NCBI GenBank assembly: GCA_902568855.1
Contig: CACFSB010000001.1
Coordinates: 36,360 to 100,359 of the forward strand
From: an uncultured Pelagibacteraceae bacterium
Lineage (GTDB): Bacteria > Pseudomonadota > Alphaproteobacteria > Pelagibacterales > Pelagibacteraceae
DNA length: 64,000 nt
Direction of reading: 5' to 3'
Shown piece after piece: positions 45,431-54,890 of the stretch. The notes under the pieces are model-generated. The model saw only the letters and a list, made by a program, of their open reading frames with translations. It was not told the DNA's origin and did no database searches. The position numbers and the translations under genes are program-made. Each line of letters starts with the position of its first letter. Positions within the stretch are counted from its first letter, which is position 1.

Positions 45431-45661
45431 ATGAAAAAAAAAATTCATCCAAACTATCACTCTATTAAAGTTGAAATGACTGATGGTTCAGTATTTGAGA
45501 CAAGATCTACCTGGGGCAAAGAGGGTGAAACTTTAAAACTTGAGATTGATCCAAAATCTCATTCAGCCTGGACAGGTGGAAAGCAGAAACTTATGGATAA
45601 GGGTCGAATTAGCAAGTTTAATAAAAAATTTCAAAATTTTAAATCTGAAAAGAAAAATTGA
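45431..45661 (+). CDS. rpmE: 50S ribosomal protein L31 (Cys-free)
   Basis: MKK.IHP.Y...H.AWTG...GR..KF. Confidence 0.95.
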   Translation: MKKKIHPNYHSIKVEMTDGSVFETRSTWGKEGETLKLEIDPKSHSAWTGGKQKLMDKGRISKFNKKFQNFKSEKKN

Positions 45662-46233
45662 TGACAAATGCTCCGTTAATGCCAATGGCAACTGCTGTTT
45701 GGTTAGTTGAAAATACTACATTAACTTTTAAACAAATTGCAAATTTTTGTAAACTACATGAAGTGGAAATCCAGGGAATAGCTGACGGTGAGGTAGCAAA
45801 AGGGATAAAGGCTTATAATCCAATTATTTCTGGTCAATTATCTAGAGAAGAAATAGAGTTATCTTCTAAAGATAAAGATAGACCACTAAAAATAAACAAT
45901 TTTGATATTGAGATTTCAAACGAAGAAAAAAAAATAAAAAAATATATTCCGCTTTCGAAACGACAGGATAAGCCCGACTCAGCTTTATGGTTGATAAAAC
46001 AACACAACACATTAAAAGACTCTCAAATTGCAAGATTAGTTGGAATTACCAAAAATTCAGTAACGTCTATTAGAAATAAAAGTTATTGGAATTACAATAA
46101 TTTGAATCCAAAAGATCCTGTAGCTTTAAATTTGATAACTCAAAAAGAATTGGTGGAAGCAATAGAAAAAGCTGAAAGAAGAATTAAAAGGGAAAAAAGA
46201 GAGAAAGAGAAACAAAACAAAGATAATAATTAA
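45661..46233 (+). CDS. DUF1013 family protein (TrcR-like)
   Basis: PLMP.ATAVWLVENT.L.F.QIA, RQDKPD, PKDPV. Confidence 0.88.
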   Translation: MTNAPLMPMATAVWLVENTTLTFKQIANFCKLHEVEIQGIADGEVAKGIKAYNPIISGQLSREEIELSSKDKDRPLKINNFDIEISNEEKKIKKYIPLSKRQDKPDSALWLIKQHNTLKDSQIARLVGITKNSVTSIRNKSYWNYNNLNPKDPVALNLITQKELVEAIEKAERRIKREKREKEKQNKDNN

Positions 46234-46304
46234 TAAAAAAATGATTAATATAATTAGACATGAAAAAATAAAAATGATATTTAAAAGCTTTTTTGGAGGT
46301 ATTT

Positions 46305-46499
46305 ATTAAAATCGAGGTAAAAGATAATAATGTTGAACAAGCTTTAAGAGTTTTAAAGAGAAAGCTTCAAAGAGATGGTTTTTTTAAGATTATAAAACTT
46401 AAAAATACTTATGAAAAACCATCTGAAAAAAAAAAGAGAATTCTTCAAGAGAATATTAAAAGAGTAAAGAAACTTAACAAACTTAAAAATAGAATTTAA
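46305..46499 (+). CDS. rpsU: 30S ribosomal protein S21; start uncertain (ATT 46305 preferred, TTG 46293 alternative)
   Basis: V.DNNVEQALRVLKRK, YEKPSEKK. Confidence 0.9.
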   Translation: MKIEVKDNNVEQALRVLKRKLQRDGFFKIIKLKNTYEKPSEKKKRILQENIKRVKKLNKLKNRI

Positions 46500-46505
46500 A
46501 GTTAT

Positions 46506-46582
<77 letters not shown>

Positions 46583-46583
46583 A

Positions 46584-47708
46584 TTAATTAACTATTTTCA
46601 TAAATTTTTTTGCAAATCTATGTTTAGTATATTTGTGTACTACATCTCTCTTAAAATTCTTTTTTAACTTAAAAATATCTTGGTCAGTTAAATCATAAAA
46701 TTTCTTAAATTTATTTGCTAAATCATCACTATCTGATAATTCATACTTTAATCCATTGATATGATCTTTTATAATTTCTTTAGGTCCGTTTGGACATCCA
46801 CTTGATATAATTGGAACATTTAAATATCCAGCCTCAATTAAAGTATGTCCTGGATCTTCCCATAAAGAGGTGGAAATATATAATTTTGATCTTTTTAAAT
46901 ATTTAAATGGATTAGATTTAAAGCCTAATAAGTAACAATTTTGAATCTTATTTTTTTTTATAAAATTTTCTAAATTATTTTTTTCTTCTCCATCGCCAAT
47001 TATTATCAAGTTAATTTTTTTTTGTTTATCTTTAGTAAATTTATGAAAACCCTCTAGCAATTCTATGAAGTTTTTTTGTCTAGTCAGTCTACCGATCGAA
47101 CAATATACATCTTTTGTAAAGATAAATTTTTCTTTATCGTCAATTTCTTTGTTAGATAAGATTCTTATTTTTTTTGAAATAATAGGGTTTTCTATTGTTG
47201 TGACCCTAGATTTATCAATATCAAATTTTTTTTCAATTAAGGATTTTGTCAAATTTGTCATTGTTATCAAATGATAAGACCTTCTATAAAAAATTTTCCA
47301 CACAAAACTTCTCATGAAATTAAATCTTGGATAACCTTGAATGCTATTAATAACTTTAAACTTAAAGAAAAATGACAATAAATTTGGAATATAACCAACT
47401 AAATTAGAAATTATCAAAAAAGGTTTTTTTTTTATAATCCAAAAAATTAATAGGGGTATTGCTAAAATAGTAAAAATATAAATAGATATTTTTGATGCAA
47501 TGCCAGTTTTTGGTAAACTATTTAAATTACCAAAAATATTTATTTTTTTAATTTCATTATCGTTAAAGTTCTGAAATTCTCCAAAAATATTGATCAAATA
47601 AATTTGAAAATCTCCATAATCTTTTAAAGATTTTGCCATTGAATATACTGCACTAATTGTACCAACATGACTTAACATAGGTGACCAAAAGAAAATTGTT
47701 TTTTTCAT
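46584..47708 (-). CDS. Glycosyltransferase (GT-B, family 4-like)
   Basis: GRL..QKN, GF..NPF, S.WED.G..LIEA, GPKEII. Confidence 0.88.
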   Translation of the reverse strand: MKKTIFFWSPMLSHVGTISAVYSMAKSLKDYGDFQIYLINIFGEFQNFNDNEIKKINIFGNLNSLPKTGIASKISIYIFTILAIPLLIFWIIKKKPFLIISNLVGYIPNLLSFFFKFKVINSIQGYPRFNFMRSFVWKIFYRRSYHLITMTNLTKSLIEKKFDIDKSRVTTIENPIISKKIRILSNKEIDDKEKFIFTKDVYCSIGRLTRQKNFIELLEGFHKFTKDKQKKINLIIIGDGEEKNNLENFIKKNKIQNCYLLGFKSNPFKYLKRSKLYISTSLWEDPGHTLIEAGYLNVPIISSGCPNGPKEIIKDHINGLKYELSDSDDLANKFKKFYDLTDQDIFKLKKNFKRDVVHKYTKHRFAKKFMKIVN

Positions 47709-47756
47709 TAATAAATTTTACTAGCTGAATAGTAATATAATTAATATTAAAAACTT

Positions 47757-48449
47757 TTAAATCTTAAATTTAGATTTTTTACTGTCAAACAAAAAACCTT
47801 TGACTGTTTCAATGGTAAGTTTTTTAAAACTTTTTCTAGGTTCATTAATTTTATTAATAATAGATGGTGGTATCGTAATAATATCACAACCAAGCTTTTT
47901 TGATTGTGTATAATTGTAAACTTCTCTAGTACTAGCCCAAAGTAAATCGACATTTTTAAATTTTCTAACTAAATTTACACTTTTTTTTATCTCTGGGATT
48001 GGATCTTTTCCTACGTCTGCCATTCTACCAATAAAAATAGAAATGATAACTTTTGTTTTTCTGTCAATTTTTTTTAAAATTTTCGAAGTTTGATCGGCTG
48101 TATATACTGCAGTGATATTTAATTTTATCTTTTTTTTATTTAAGACACTTATCACTCTTCCCATAAATTTTCCTTTTGAATTTACAACAGGAACTTTAAC
48201 AAATACATTTTTACCCCAACTACTAATCTTTAAGCCTTGATCAATCATTCCTTTCTCATTATCAGCAAAAACCTCAAATGATATTGGCTTATTTGTAATC
48301 TTTAGAATATTTTTACAGTAAAGTTCATAATTTTTGGCCCCTGCTTTTCTCATTAGGCTAGGATTTGTAGTAAATCCTTTGATAATTCTATTTTTTGAAT
48401 ACTTTTTAATTAAATCAACATCTGCAATATCACAAAAAATTTTTGTCAT
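47757..48449 (-). CDS. tal: Transaldolase (short TalC/FSA-fold type)
   Basis: GFTTNPSL, SFEV (Glu), VKVP, ISIFIGR (Phe, transaldolase-type), LWASTRE. Confidence 0.88.
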   Translation of the reverse strand: MTKIFCDIADVDLIKKYSKNRIIKGFTTNPSLMRKAGAKNYELYCKNILKITNKPISFEVFADNEKGMIDQGLKISSWGKNVFVKVPVVNSKGKFMGRVISVLNKKKIKLNITAVYTADQTSKILKKIDRKTKVIISIFIGRMADVGKDPIPEIKKSVNLVRKFKNVDLLWASTREVYNYTQSKKLGCDIITIPPSIINKINEPRKSFKKLTIETVKGFLFDSKKSKFKI

Positions 48450-48457
48450 ATTTATAA

Positions 48458-49855
48458 TTAAAGACCTTTAATAATCTCTTCGGTCATTTTTTTGGCATCT
48501 GCAAATAGCATTAAAGTATTATCCCTATAGAATAAATCATTGTCGATACCTGCATAGCCTGGTGATAAGCTTCTTTTTACAAATAAAACAGATTTACTTT
48601 TTTCAACGTCTAATATTGGCATTCCATAAATTGGACTTTGAGGGTCAGACTTAGCTACTGGGTTTGTAACATCATTAGCGCCAATGACATAAGCTACATC
48701 ACAATTTGCAAAATCATTATTAATTTCCTCTAATTCAAATACCTCATCATACGGCACATTTGCCTCTGCCAATAAAACATTCATGTGACCTGGCATCCGT
48801 CCTGCTACCGGGTGTATTGCATAACTGACTTTTACTCCATTTTTTTTCAATGCATCAACCATCTCTCTTAATGCATGTTGTGCTTGAGCTACAGCCATCC
48901 CATAACCAGGAACAATAATTACAGATGAGGCATTTTTCATTAAAAATGCTGCATCGTCTGCATTGCCATTTTTGACTGGTTTTTTTTCTCTTGTAGCATT
49001 TTCAGAAGAAGAATCCGCTGTCGCTCCCCAGCCTCCTAATATTACATTAAAAAAGGATCTATTCATTCCTTTACACATTATATAAGACAGTATAGCGCCA
49101 GATGATCCAACTAAGGCGCCAGTAATTATCAAAGCAGAATTTTCTAAAGTAAAACCTATCCCAGCTGCAGCCCAACCAGAATAAGAATTTAACATTGATA
49201 TAACAACTGGCATATCTGCTCCACCAATTGGTATTATCAATAAAAAACCTAAAATAAATGAAACAGTAATTAATATCCAAAAATATTCTGATATTTGAAA
49301 ATTACATAATAAATAAACTAAAATAAAAATAGATATTCCTATTAAGAGGTTTAATATATGTTGCCCTTTAAAAGTGATTGGTGCACCCGACATAAGTCCC
49401 TGTAACTTCAAGAAAGCTATTACAGATCCAGAGAAGGTAATTGCACCTACAGCTGCCCCAATTGACATTTCTATTAAACTTGCAAGTTTAATATCTCCAA
49501 CTACTCCTAAATTAAATGCTTCAGGCCTTAAAAAAGCAGAAATTGCCACAAAAACAGCAGCCAAACCAACTAAACTGTGAAAACCAGCTACTAATTCGGG
49601 CATCGCTGTCATTGGGATTCTAAATGCAATAAAAGCTCCTAAAGATCCACCAATGAGCAAAAAAAATAAAATATAGATAAAACCAACACTAAAATTTCCT
49701 ACTGATAAGAAAGTGACAACTATCGCAATTGTCATACCCGCAATTCCAAAATAGTTTCCTTGACGAGATGTTTCTGGTGATGAAAGACCTCTAAGCGCAA
49801 GTATAAAAAGAATACCAGATATTAAATAAAATATTGCTGATAAATTTGCTGACAT
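48458..49855 (-). CDS. pntB: NAD(P) transhydrogenase beta subunit
   Basis: GGADMPVV, PGYGMAVAQ, HPVAGRMPGHMN. Confidence 0.96.
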   Translation of the reverse strand: MSANLSAIFYLISGILFILALRGLSSPETSRQGNYFGIAGMTIAIVVTFLSVGNFSVGFIYILFFLLIGGSLGAFIAFRIPMTAMPELVAGFHSLVGLAAVFVAISAFLRPEAFNLGVVGDIKLASLIEMSIGAAVGAITFSGSVIAFLKLQGLMSGAPITFKGQHILNLLIGISIFILVYLLCNFQISEYFWILITVSFILGFLLIIPIGGADMPVVISMLNSYSGWAAAGIGFTLENSALIITGALVGSSGAILSYIMCKGMNRSFFNVILGGWGATADSSSENATREKKPVKNGNADDAAFLMKNASSVIIVPGYGMAVAQAQHALREMVDALKKNGVKVSYAIHPVAGRMPGHMNVLLAEANVPYDEVFELEEINNDFANCDVAYVIGANDVTNPVAKSDPQSPIYGMPILDVEKSKSVLFVKRSLSPGYAGIDNDLFYRDNTLMLFADAKKMTEEIIKGL

Positions 49856-49858
49856 AAT

Positions 49859-50161
49859 CTATTTTTTCTTTTTTTTGTACATTTGCAACATTCTTTGGGT
49901 AACCAAAAAACCTCCAAAGATATTCACTGCTGCCAAAATGATTGCGAGAAATCCAAATATACTAGATGTTTCAAATATTTTATCATCTGATCCTGCAAGA
50001 GCAGCAATAATAGCCCCAACGATTATCACTGATGAAATTGCGTTAGTAACTGACATTAAAGGGGTATGCAAAGAGGGTGTTACGCTCCAAACAACATAGT
50101 AGCCTACAAAAATCGACAATATAAATATACTTAATCTGAATATAAAAGGATCTATTTCCAT
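49859..50161 (-). CDS. pntAb: NAD(P) transhydrogenase alpha subunit part 2
   Basis: LHTPLMSVTNAIS, N.FGGF.VT.RML. Confidence 0.94.
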   Translation of the reverse strand: MEIDPFIFRLSIFILSIFVGYYVVWSVTPSLHTPLMSVTNAISSVIIVGAIIAALAGSDDKIFETSSIFGFLAIILAAVNIFGGFLVTQRMLQMYKKKKK

Positions 50162-50162
50162 A

Positions 50163-51251
50163 TTACTTTATTAATGTTTTTTCTATTATTTCATCTCCTG
50201 AATTTATATTAATATTTTTTTTATCTTTATCATATAAATTATTTATAAAATTAAATACATTTTTTGCGTACAATCCTGACGATGAAATTGGAAGCTTATT
50301 CAGAATATTCTTTTCTCCCATAATGAAAACACCATTATGATTAACTATTTCATCTACTTTTGTAAATTCTGCATTACCACCTTGAGAAGCCGCCAAATCA
50401 TAAATTATTGATCCCTTCGGCATTTCATCAATCATATCTTTTTTTATAATAAGTGGGGCTTTTTTTCCTGGAATTAAAGCTGTACAGATAACTATGTCAA
50501 TTTTTTCTAAAGTTTTTTTTAATAATTCCTCTTGTTTTAATTTAAAATCTTCAGATGTTTCTTTTGCATAACCGCCTGAAGTTTCCAAATTTTCAGCGCC
50601 TTCGACAGATAAAAATTTACCTCCCAAACTCTCTACTTGTTCTTTTGATGCAGTTCTTACGTCAGTAGCATAAACTATTGCACCCATTCTTTTAGCAGTT
50701 GCTATTGCTTGTAACCCAGCAACTCCAGCTCCAACGACAAGTACTTTAGCAGCTGAAATTGTTCCAGCTGCAGTCATCATCATTGGAATTGCTTTCTTAA
50801 AATATGCAAAGCTATCTACAACAGCTTTATAACCAGCTAAATTAGCTTGAGAAGAAAGAATGTCCATAGCTTGAGCTCTAGTTATTCTAGGCAATAGCTC
50901 AAGCGAAAAACAATTTATTTTTTTTGCTACAAGATTTTTTAATTTTTTTTCATTTAAATAAGGATCTAAAACTCCAATTAAAGTCTTACCTTGATTAAGA
51001 TTTTTTAATACTCCTTCATCTAATAAATTTAATTGGACTATTAAATTGGATTTTGCAATGACTTCATTATCATTATCAAGAATTTCAGCGCCTTCTTTAA
51101 GAAATTCTTGATCATCTATACCAAGATGAAATCCATAACCTTTTGTCAAACAAACATTTAATCCTATAGATTTGTATTTCTTAATTATATCAGGAGTTAC
51201 GGCAATTCTTTTTTCAAACTCTCTATTTTCTAAAATTGATCCAACTATCAT
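50163..51251 (-). CDS. pntAa: NAD(P) transhydrogenase alpha subunit part 1
   Basis: PRITRAQ.MD.LSS, GAGVAGLQA, GGYAK. Confidence 0.95.
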   Translation of the reverse strand: MIVGSILENREFEKRIAVTPDIIKKYKSIGLNVCLTKGYGFHLGIDDQEFLKEGAEILDNDNEVIAKSNLIVQLNLLDEGVLKNLNQGKTLIGVLDPYLNEKKLKNLVAKKINCFSLELLPRITRAQAMDILSSQANLAGYKAVVDSFAYFKKAIPMMMTAAGTISAAKVLVVGAGVAGLQAIATAKRMGAIVYATDVRTASKEQVESLGGKFLSVEGAENLETSGGYAKETSEDFKLKQEELLKKTLEKIDIVICTALIPGKKAPLIIKKDMIDEMPKGSIIYDLAASQGGNAEFTKVDEIVNHNGVFIMGEKNILNKLPISSSGLYAKNVFNFINNLYDKDKKNININSGDEIIEKTLIK

Positions 51252-51260
51252 GAAAATAAA

Positions 51261-51371
51261 TTATAAAAGAAATAGAGCCATTAATATAAGAATTAAAGCT
51301 ACTGCAATTGAGCCCCATAAAACAAATTTAGTAAAAACTTCCCAGGTCTTTTTATGGTTTTCGTTATCCAT
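51261..51371 (-). CDS. 36-aa aa3-type cytochrome c oxidase subunit IV-like peptide; not in the ORF track
   Basis: [36 protein letters not shown]; H..T[WY]..F motif plus one TM; ATG overlaps the rpmJ stop (TAATG). Confidence 0.75.
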   Translation of the reverse strand: MDNENHKKTWEVFTKFVLWGSIAVALILILMALFLL

Positions 51372-51496
51372 TATTTTTGTCTTGCTTTAAATTTTGGGTT
51401 TTTCTTATTTATTATGTAAACTCTACCTCTCCGTCTAACTTGTTTAGAATTTAAATCTCTTTTTTTCAAAGATTTTAGTGAACTAGCAATTTTCAT
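51371..51496 (-). CDS. rpmJ: 50S ribosomal protein L36 (41 aa, Cys-free type); not in the ORF track
   Basis: [41 protein letters not shown]. Confidence 0.95.
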   Translation of the reverse strand: MKIASSLKSLKKRDLNSKQVRRRGRVYIINKKNPKFKARQK

Positions 51497-51514
51497 AAAT
51501 ATTTCCCCCTAAAA

Positions 51515-51630
51515 TCCTGGCAATGACCTACTCTTCCATATCTTAAGATAAAGTACCATCGGCGCTGCAAGGCTTGACTTCCGAGTTCGGAATGGGATCG
51601 GGTATAACACTTACGCAATAATTGCCAGGA
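51515..51630 (-). rRNA. rrf: 5S rRNA, unlinked from 16S/23S
   Basis: Terminal helix TCCTGGCAAT/ATTGCCAGGA; CCCGATCCCATTCCGAACTCGGAAGT; GATGGTACT; GAGTAGG. Confidence 0.96.
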
Positions 51631-51635
51631 AGCTT

Positions 51636-51663
51636 TTTATACACAAAAAAAAAATATTGTAAA
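51636..51663 (-). promoter_or_regulatory. Candidate sigma-70 promoter for the 5S rRNA
   Basis: TTTACA-N16-TATAAA ending 5 nt before the 5S 5' end; AT-rich background limits confidence. Confidence 0.5.
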
Positions 51664-51670
51664 TAATAAT

Positions 51671-52558
51671 TTAAATGTATTTATTTAATCTAAAACCTAA
51701 TAACCCAATTATAATCCCACAAAATCTTACTAAATGCATAATTGATTTTAAGATATTAACCTTTGGTTTATAGAATGAAATCAATAAATAAAAAATAGAA
51801 ATTAATAACTCATAAAAAATTTTGAAAAACGTCATAAATAAACCAGTAAATAATCCATAACTTTTTGTATAAATTATTTTCGTTGAGATTCCAAATCTCA
51901 AATTTCTTTTGATAAACCAATCTAAATTTGATCCTGAAATATTTCTTTTTTCAAATACTTTCGCTTTATCATTCCAGATAATTTTAAAACCCTTTTTAAA
52001 AAGTTGTAGAAAAAATAATTGGTCTGAGCCTCCTATTTCATTCAAAGAATTTGAAAAATTAATATCTATTTTTTTAATAATTTTTGAATTAAAAAATACA
52101 TTATTTGTTGCGGCCCATTTGATCTTGGACAAATGACTTTCTTTTCTTTGTAAAATATCTTCATAGACATTTTTATTAATTGGTATTTGCGGCCCAGTGA
52201 TTATATCCGCTTTTGTAATATTATAAACTTTAATCATCTCGTTTAGCCAATCTCTATGAATAAAACAATCATCATCAATAAGACCAACGCACCAGATATT
52301 TTTCTTTTTTTTGATTAATTCTAGTGATTTATTTCTAACACTGGGGATACCTTTTTTATTTTCATTTACAAAATTTATTTTAAATTTTTTTGTGATAAGT
52401 TTCTTGAAAGATTCTTCAAAACTTAATTTTAAATTAGAATTAAAAATAACATTTACATCAATTAAATAATCAGTTTTAAGTTTTTTGATACTTTTTAATG
52501 TTTTAAGCAGAAAAGTGCTTTTACCTCTTGTGCATATAAAAAATGAAACTATTCTCAT
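51671..52558 (-). CDS. Glycosyltransferase family 2
   Basis: ICT.G, GI..VRN, IDDD, ATNN, GGSD. Confidence 0.88.
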   Translation of the reverse strand: MRIVSFFICTRGKSTFLLKTLKSIKKLKTDYLIDVNVIFNSNLKLSFEESFKKLITKKFKINFVNENKKGIPSVRNKSLELIKKKKNIWCVGLIDDDCFIHRDWLNEMIKVYNITKADIITGPQIPINKNVYEDILQRKESHLSKIKWAATNNVFFNSKIIKKIDINFSNSLNEIGGSDQLFFLQLFKKGFKIIWNDKAKVFEKRNISGSNLDWFIKRNLRFGISTKIIYTKSYGLFTGLFMTFFKIFYELLISIFYLLISFYKPKVNILKSIMHLVRFCGIIIGLLGFRLNKYI

Positions 52559-52622
52559 AAAATGATATAAAATTTAAATATATATCATTTAATTAAAAGT
52601 TAAGAGAATTTTAAATACAAAA

Positions 52623-53882
52623 ATGTTAGAAAATTATAAGTCTGAGACAGTAGGCTCTAAATTTATAATACTTTTATTTTGTTTGTTGCCTGTTTCACTT
52701 ATAATTGGTACAGGTGTCAGTGAGTCAATAGTAATATTCATAAGCTCGATATTTCTTATAAATTTTATTTTAGAAAGAAACATAAGTTCAAAAATTATAA
52801 CTCTCCTCTATATTCTGATATTCTTATGGATTATTTTAATTATTAATTATTTTTTTTCTATTGATAAAAGCAATTCATTATTGAGAAATGTTTTTTTTAT
52901 AAAATATATCATTTTTGTCATTGGATCTCTCGACTTTTTATTAAAAAGAAGTAATGTATTAAAAATAATTTTATTTGTTTGGTCTATAATTTTATTAATT
53001 TTTGCAGTTGATCTACTATATCAATTTATTTTTAAACAAAATATTTTTGGGATTGAGACTAAATATAAAAATATCAGAGTTTCTGGATTTATGGGTGATG
53101 AGTTTAAAGCTGGGACATTAATGATGGGTCTTGGTCTATCATCGATTTTATTTTTTTTGGGTAATTCAAAAAAAAATTTTTTTCTAATATGTTTAATATT
53201 TTTTTTAGTATTTGTTGTTTTTTTAACCAATGAAAGATCAACATTTATAAAATTGATATCAATTTTAATTCCGTTTATTTTTTTTATTAAAAAAGAAAAT
53301 ATACTCAAATATCTAATTCTATTTTTAATACTAATTTCAACTATTACAATTTTGACAATTGAAAGAGAATCTTCTTTCAAAAGAAGATATGTGCATCAAA
53401 TTTTTGTAGAATTAAAGAGAAATAATTTTAATATTTTTAATTATATAGAAAAAACTGAATATGGAGATCATAGAAAAGATGCTATCAAACTTTTTAAATA
53501 TTATCCAATAACAGGAGTTGGTAATAAAAATTTTAGGATTTTATGTAAAAAAAATGAATATGAATTTTTAAACAAAAAGGATTTTGAGGATAGTATCTGT
53601 ACTACTCATCCACACCAATTTTATTACGAGATACTTTCCGAACACGGTATATTTGGACTGATAAGTTTTTTAATATTATTTTTTATTTTTATTATTGATT
53701 TTTATAATAATTTCAAAATCCATAAAAGTTTATATAATTTATTTTTATTTTTACTTATTTTAAGCTTTTTTTTCCCCATACTTCCTTCGGGAAGCTTTTT
53801 CACTAGTTTTAATGCTACAATTTTTTGGATTAATTTTATACTATATTTTTATTCAAGAATTAACCCGCCTAAAATTCAATAG
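52623..53882 (+). CDS. O-antigen ligase/polymerase (Wzy_C) family membrane protein
   Basis: Many TM; T.ERS, P.TGVG..NFR, THPH..Y.E.LSE.G. Confidence 0.85.
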   Translation: MLENYKSETVGSKFIILLFCLLPVSLIIGTGVSESIVIFISSIFLINFILERNISSKIITLLYILIFLWIILIINYFFSIDKSNSLLRNVFFIKYIIFVIGSLDFLLKRSNVLKIILFVWSIILLIFAVDLLYQFIFKQNIFGIETKYKNIRVSGFMGDEFKAGTLMMGLGLSSILFFLGNSKKNFFLICLIFFLVFVVFLTNERSTFIKLISILIPFIFFIKKENILKYLILFLILISTITILTIERESSFKRRYVHQIFVELKRNNFNIFNYIEKTEYGDHRKDAIKLFKYYPITGVGNKNFRILCKKNEYEFLNKKDFEDSICTTHPHQFYYEILSEHGIFGLISFLILFFIFIIDFYNNFKIHKSLYNLFLFLLILSFFFPILPSGSFFTSFNATIFWINFILYFYSRINPPKIQ

Positions 53883-54869
53883 CTTTGAGTAAAAAAAAGT
53901 ATAAGTAATAATAGAAATAATTATGAGAATAATTTGCAATTCAGTGTTGCTAATTTTTGTACTTCCAATAAAAAAAATTATTAAGTTATAGATATTAATT
54001 ATATTTGCAGCTAAAACATTTGAAGTTAAATTTTTCTTGATGATTTTTTTATTTAAAAAAAAATATAAAAGTTGATGGAAGTGCCTTTGGTCTGGTTTAA
54101 ATGGTGACAAAGATATACTTGACTTTCTTATAATTGAAAAAAGTATTTCAAAACTTGGATACCAAAGCAATAAAGCTATAAAAAATGGTGATATAAAAGT
54201 ATTATTTTGATAGAAATTAATTAATAGATATGAAAAAAAAAATCCATTTAAATAAGCACCGCTATCACCAATATAAAACTTATTAAATAAGTTAAAGATA
54301 AAAATTATTATAAATGATAAGATAAGAAAATTTAAATTTTCGTAAAGCACAAAATTTCCTTGAATATTTATAATTTTTAATATTATTAAAATTGATAAAA
54401 AATATCCTAAATTTAATGTATTTAAGCCATCTACAAAATTTGAGCCATTTACAATTATTAGTATACAGACAGATAAGAAAATATAATTAAAATAATTATA
54501 TTTTAATAAGTTATCTAAAAAAAAAATTCTTGTTGGATATATACTAAGTTCAAAAATTATTGAAAATACAATAATTATTAAAACTTGAATGGATAATCTA
54601 ATATTAACTGAAGTCAATTTTCTTAAATCAGAAAAAAAACCTACAAAAAATATTAAAAATGCAAAAATTAAAAATAGATTATTTGACTGATTAAACATTA
54701 TGAGCGAAAGGTAAAATATAATAAATATTCCACCGCTAAGTTGTATATTTTTGTTAAACGTAAATTTTTGGTGACTTTCACCCGTGTAATTTGGCAGAAA
54801 GTTATTATTTGTAATAATAGTGTTAATAAAAAAAATTAGTAATGGTGTTAAAAATAAAGTTATTATCAT
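53853..54869 (-). CDS. MraY/WecA-family polyprenyl-phosphate sugar-phosphate transferase
   Basis: GG.., N..NFVDGLN, YIGDSGAY, PD..HFH. Confidence 0.85.
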   Translation of the reverse strand: MIITLFLTPLLIFFINTIITNNNFLPNYTGESHQKFTFNKNIQLSGGIFIIFYLSLIMFNQSNNLFLIFAFLIFFVGFFSDLRKLTSVNIRLSIQVLIIIVFSIIFELSIYPTRIFFLDNLLKYNYFNYIFLSVCILIIVNGSNFVDGLNTLNLGYFLSILIILKIINIQGNFVLYENLNFLILSFIIIFIFNLFNKFYIGDSGAYLNGFFFSYLLINFYQNNTFISPFFIALLLWYPSFEILFSIIRKSSISLSPFKPDQRHFHQLLYFFLNKKIIKKNLTSNVLAANIINIYNLIIFFIGSTKISNTELQIILIIISIITYTFFYSKLLNFRRVNS

Positions 54870-54890
54870 GTTACAATAATATATAATTTA

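Noticed and set aside
51172-51390. 72-aa plus-strand ORF
   Set aside because: Antisense to pntAa, the coxIV-like peptide and rpmJ
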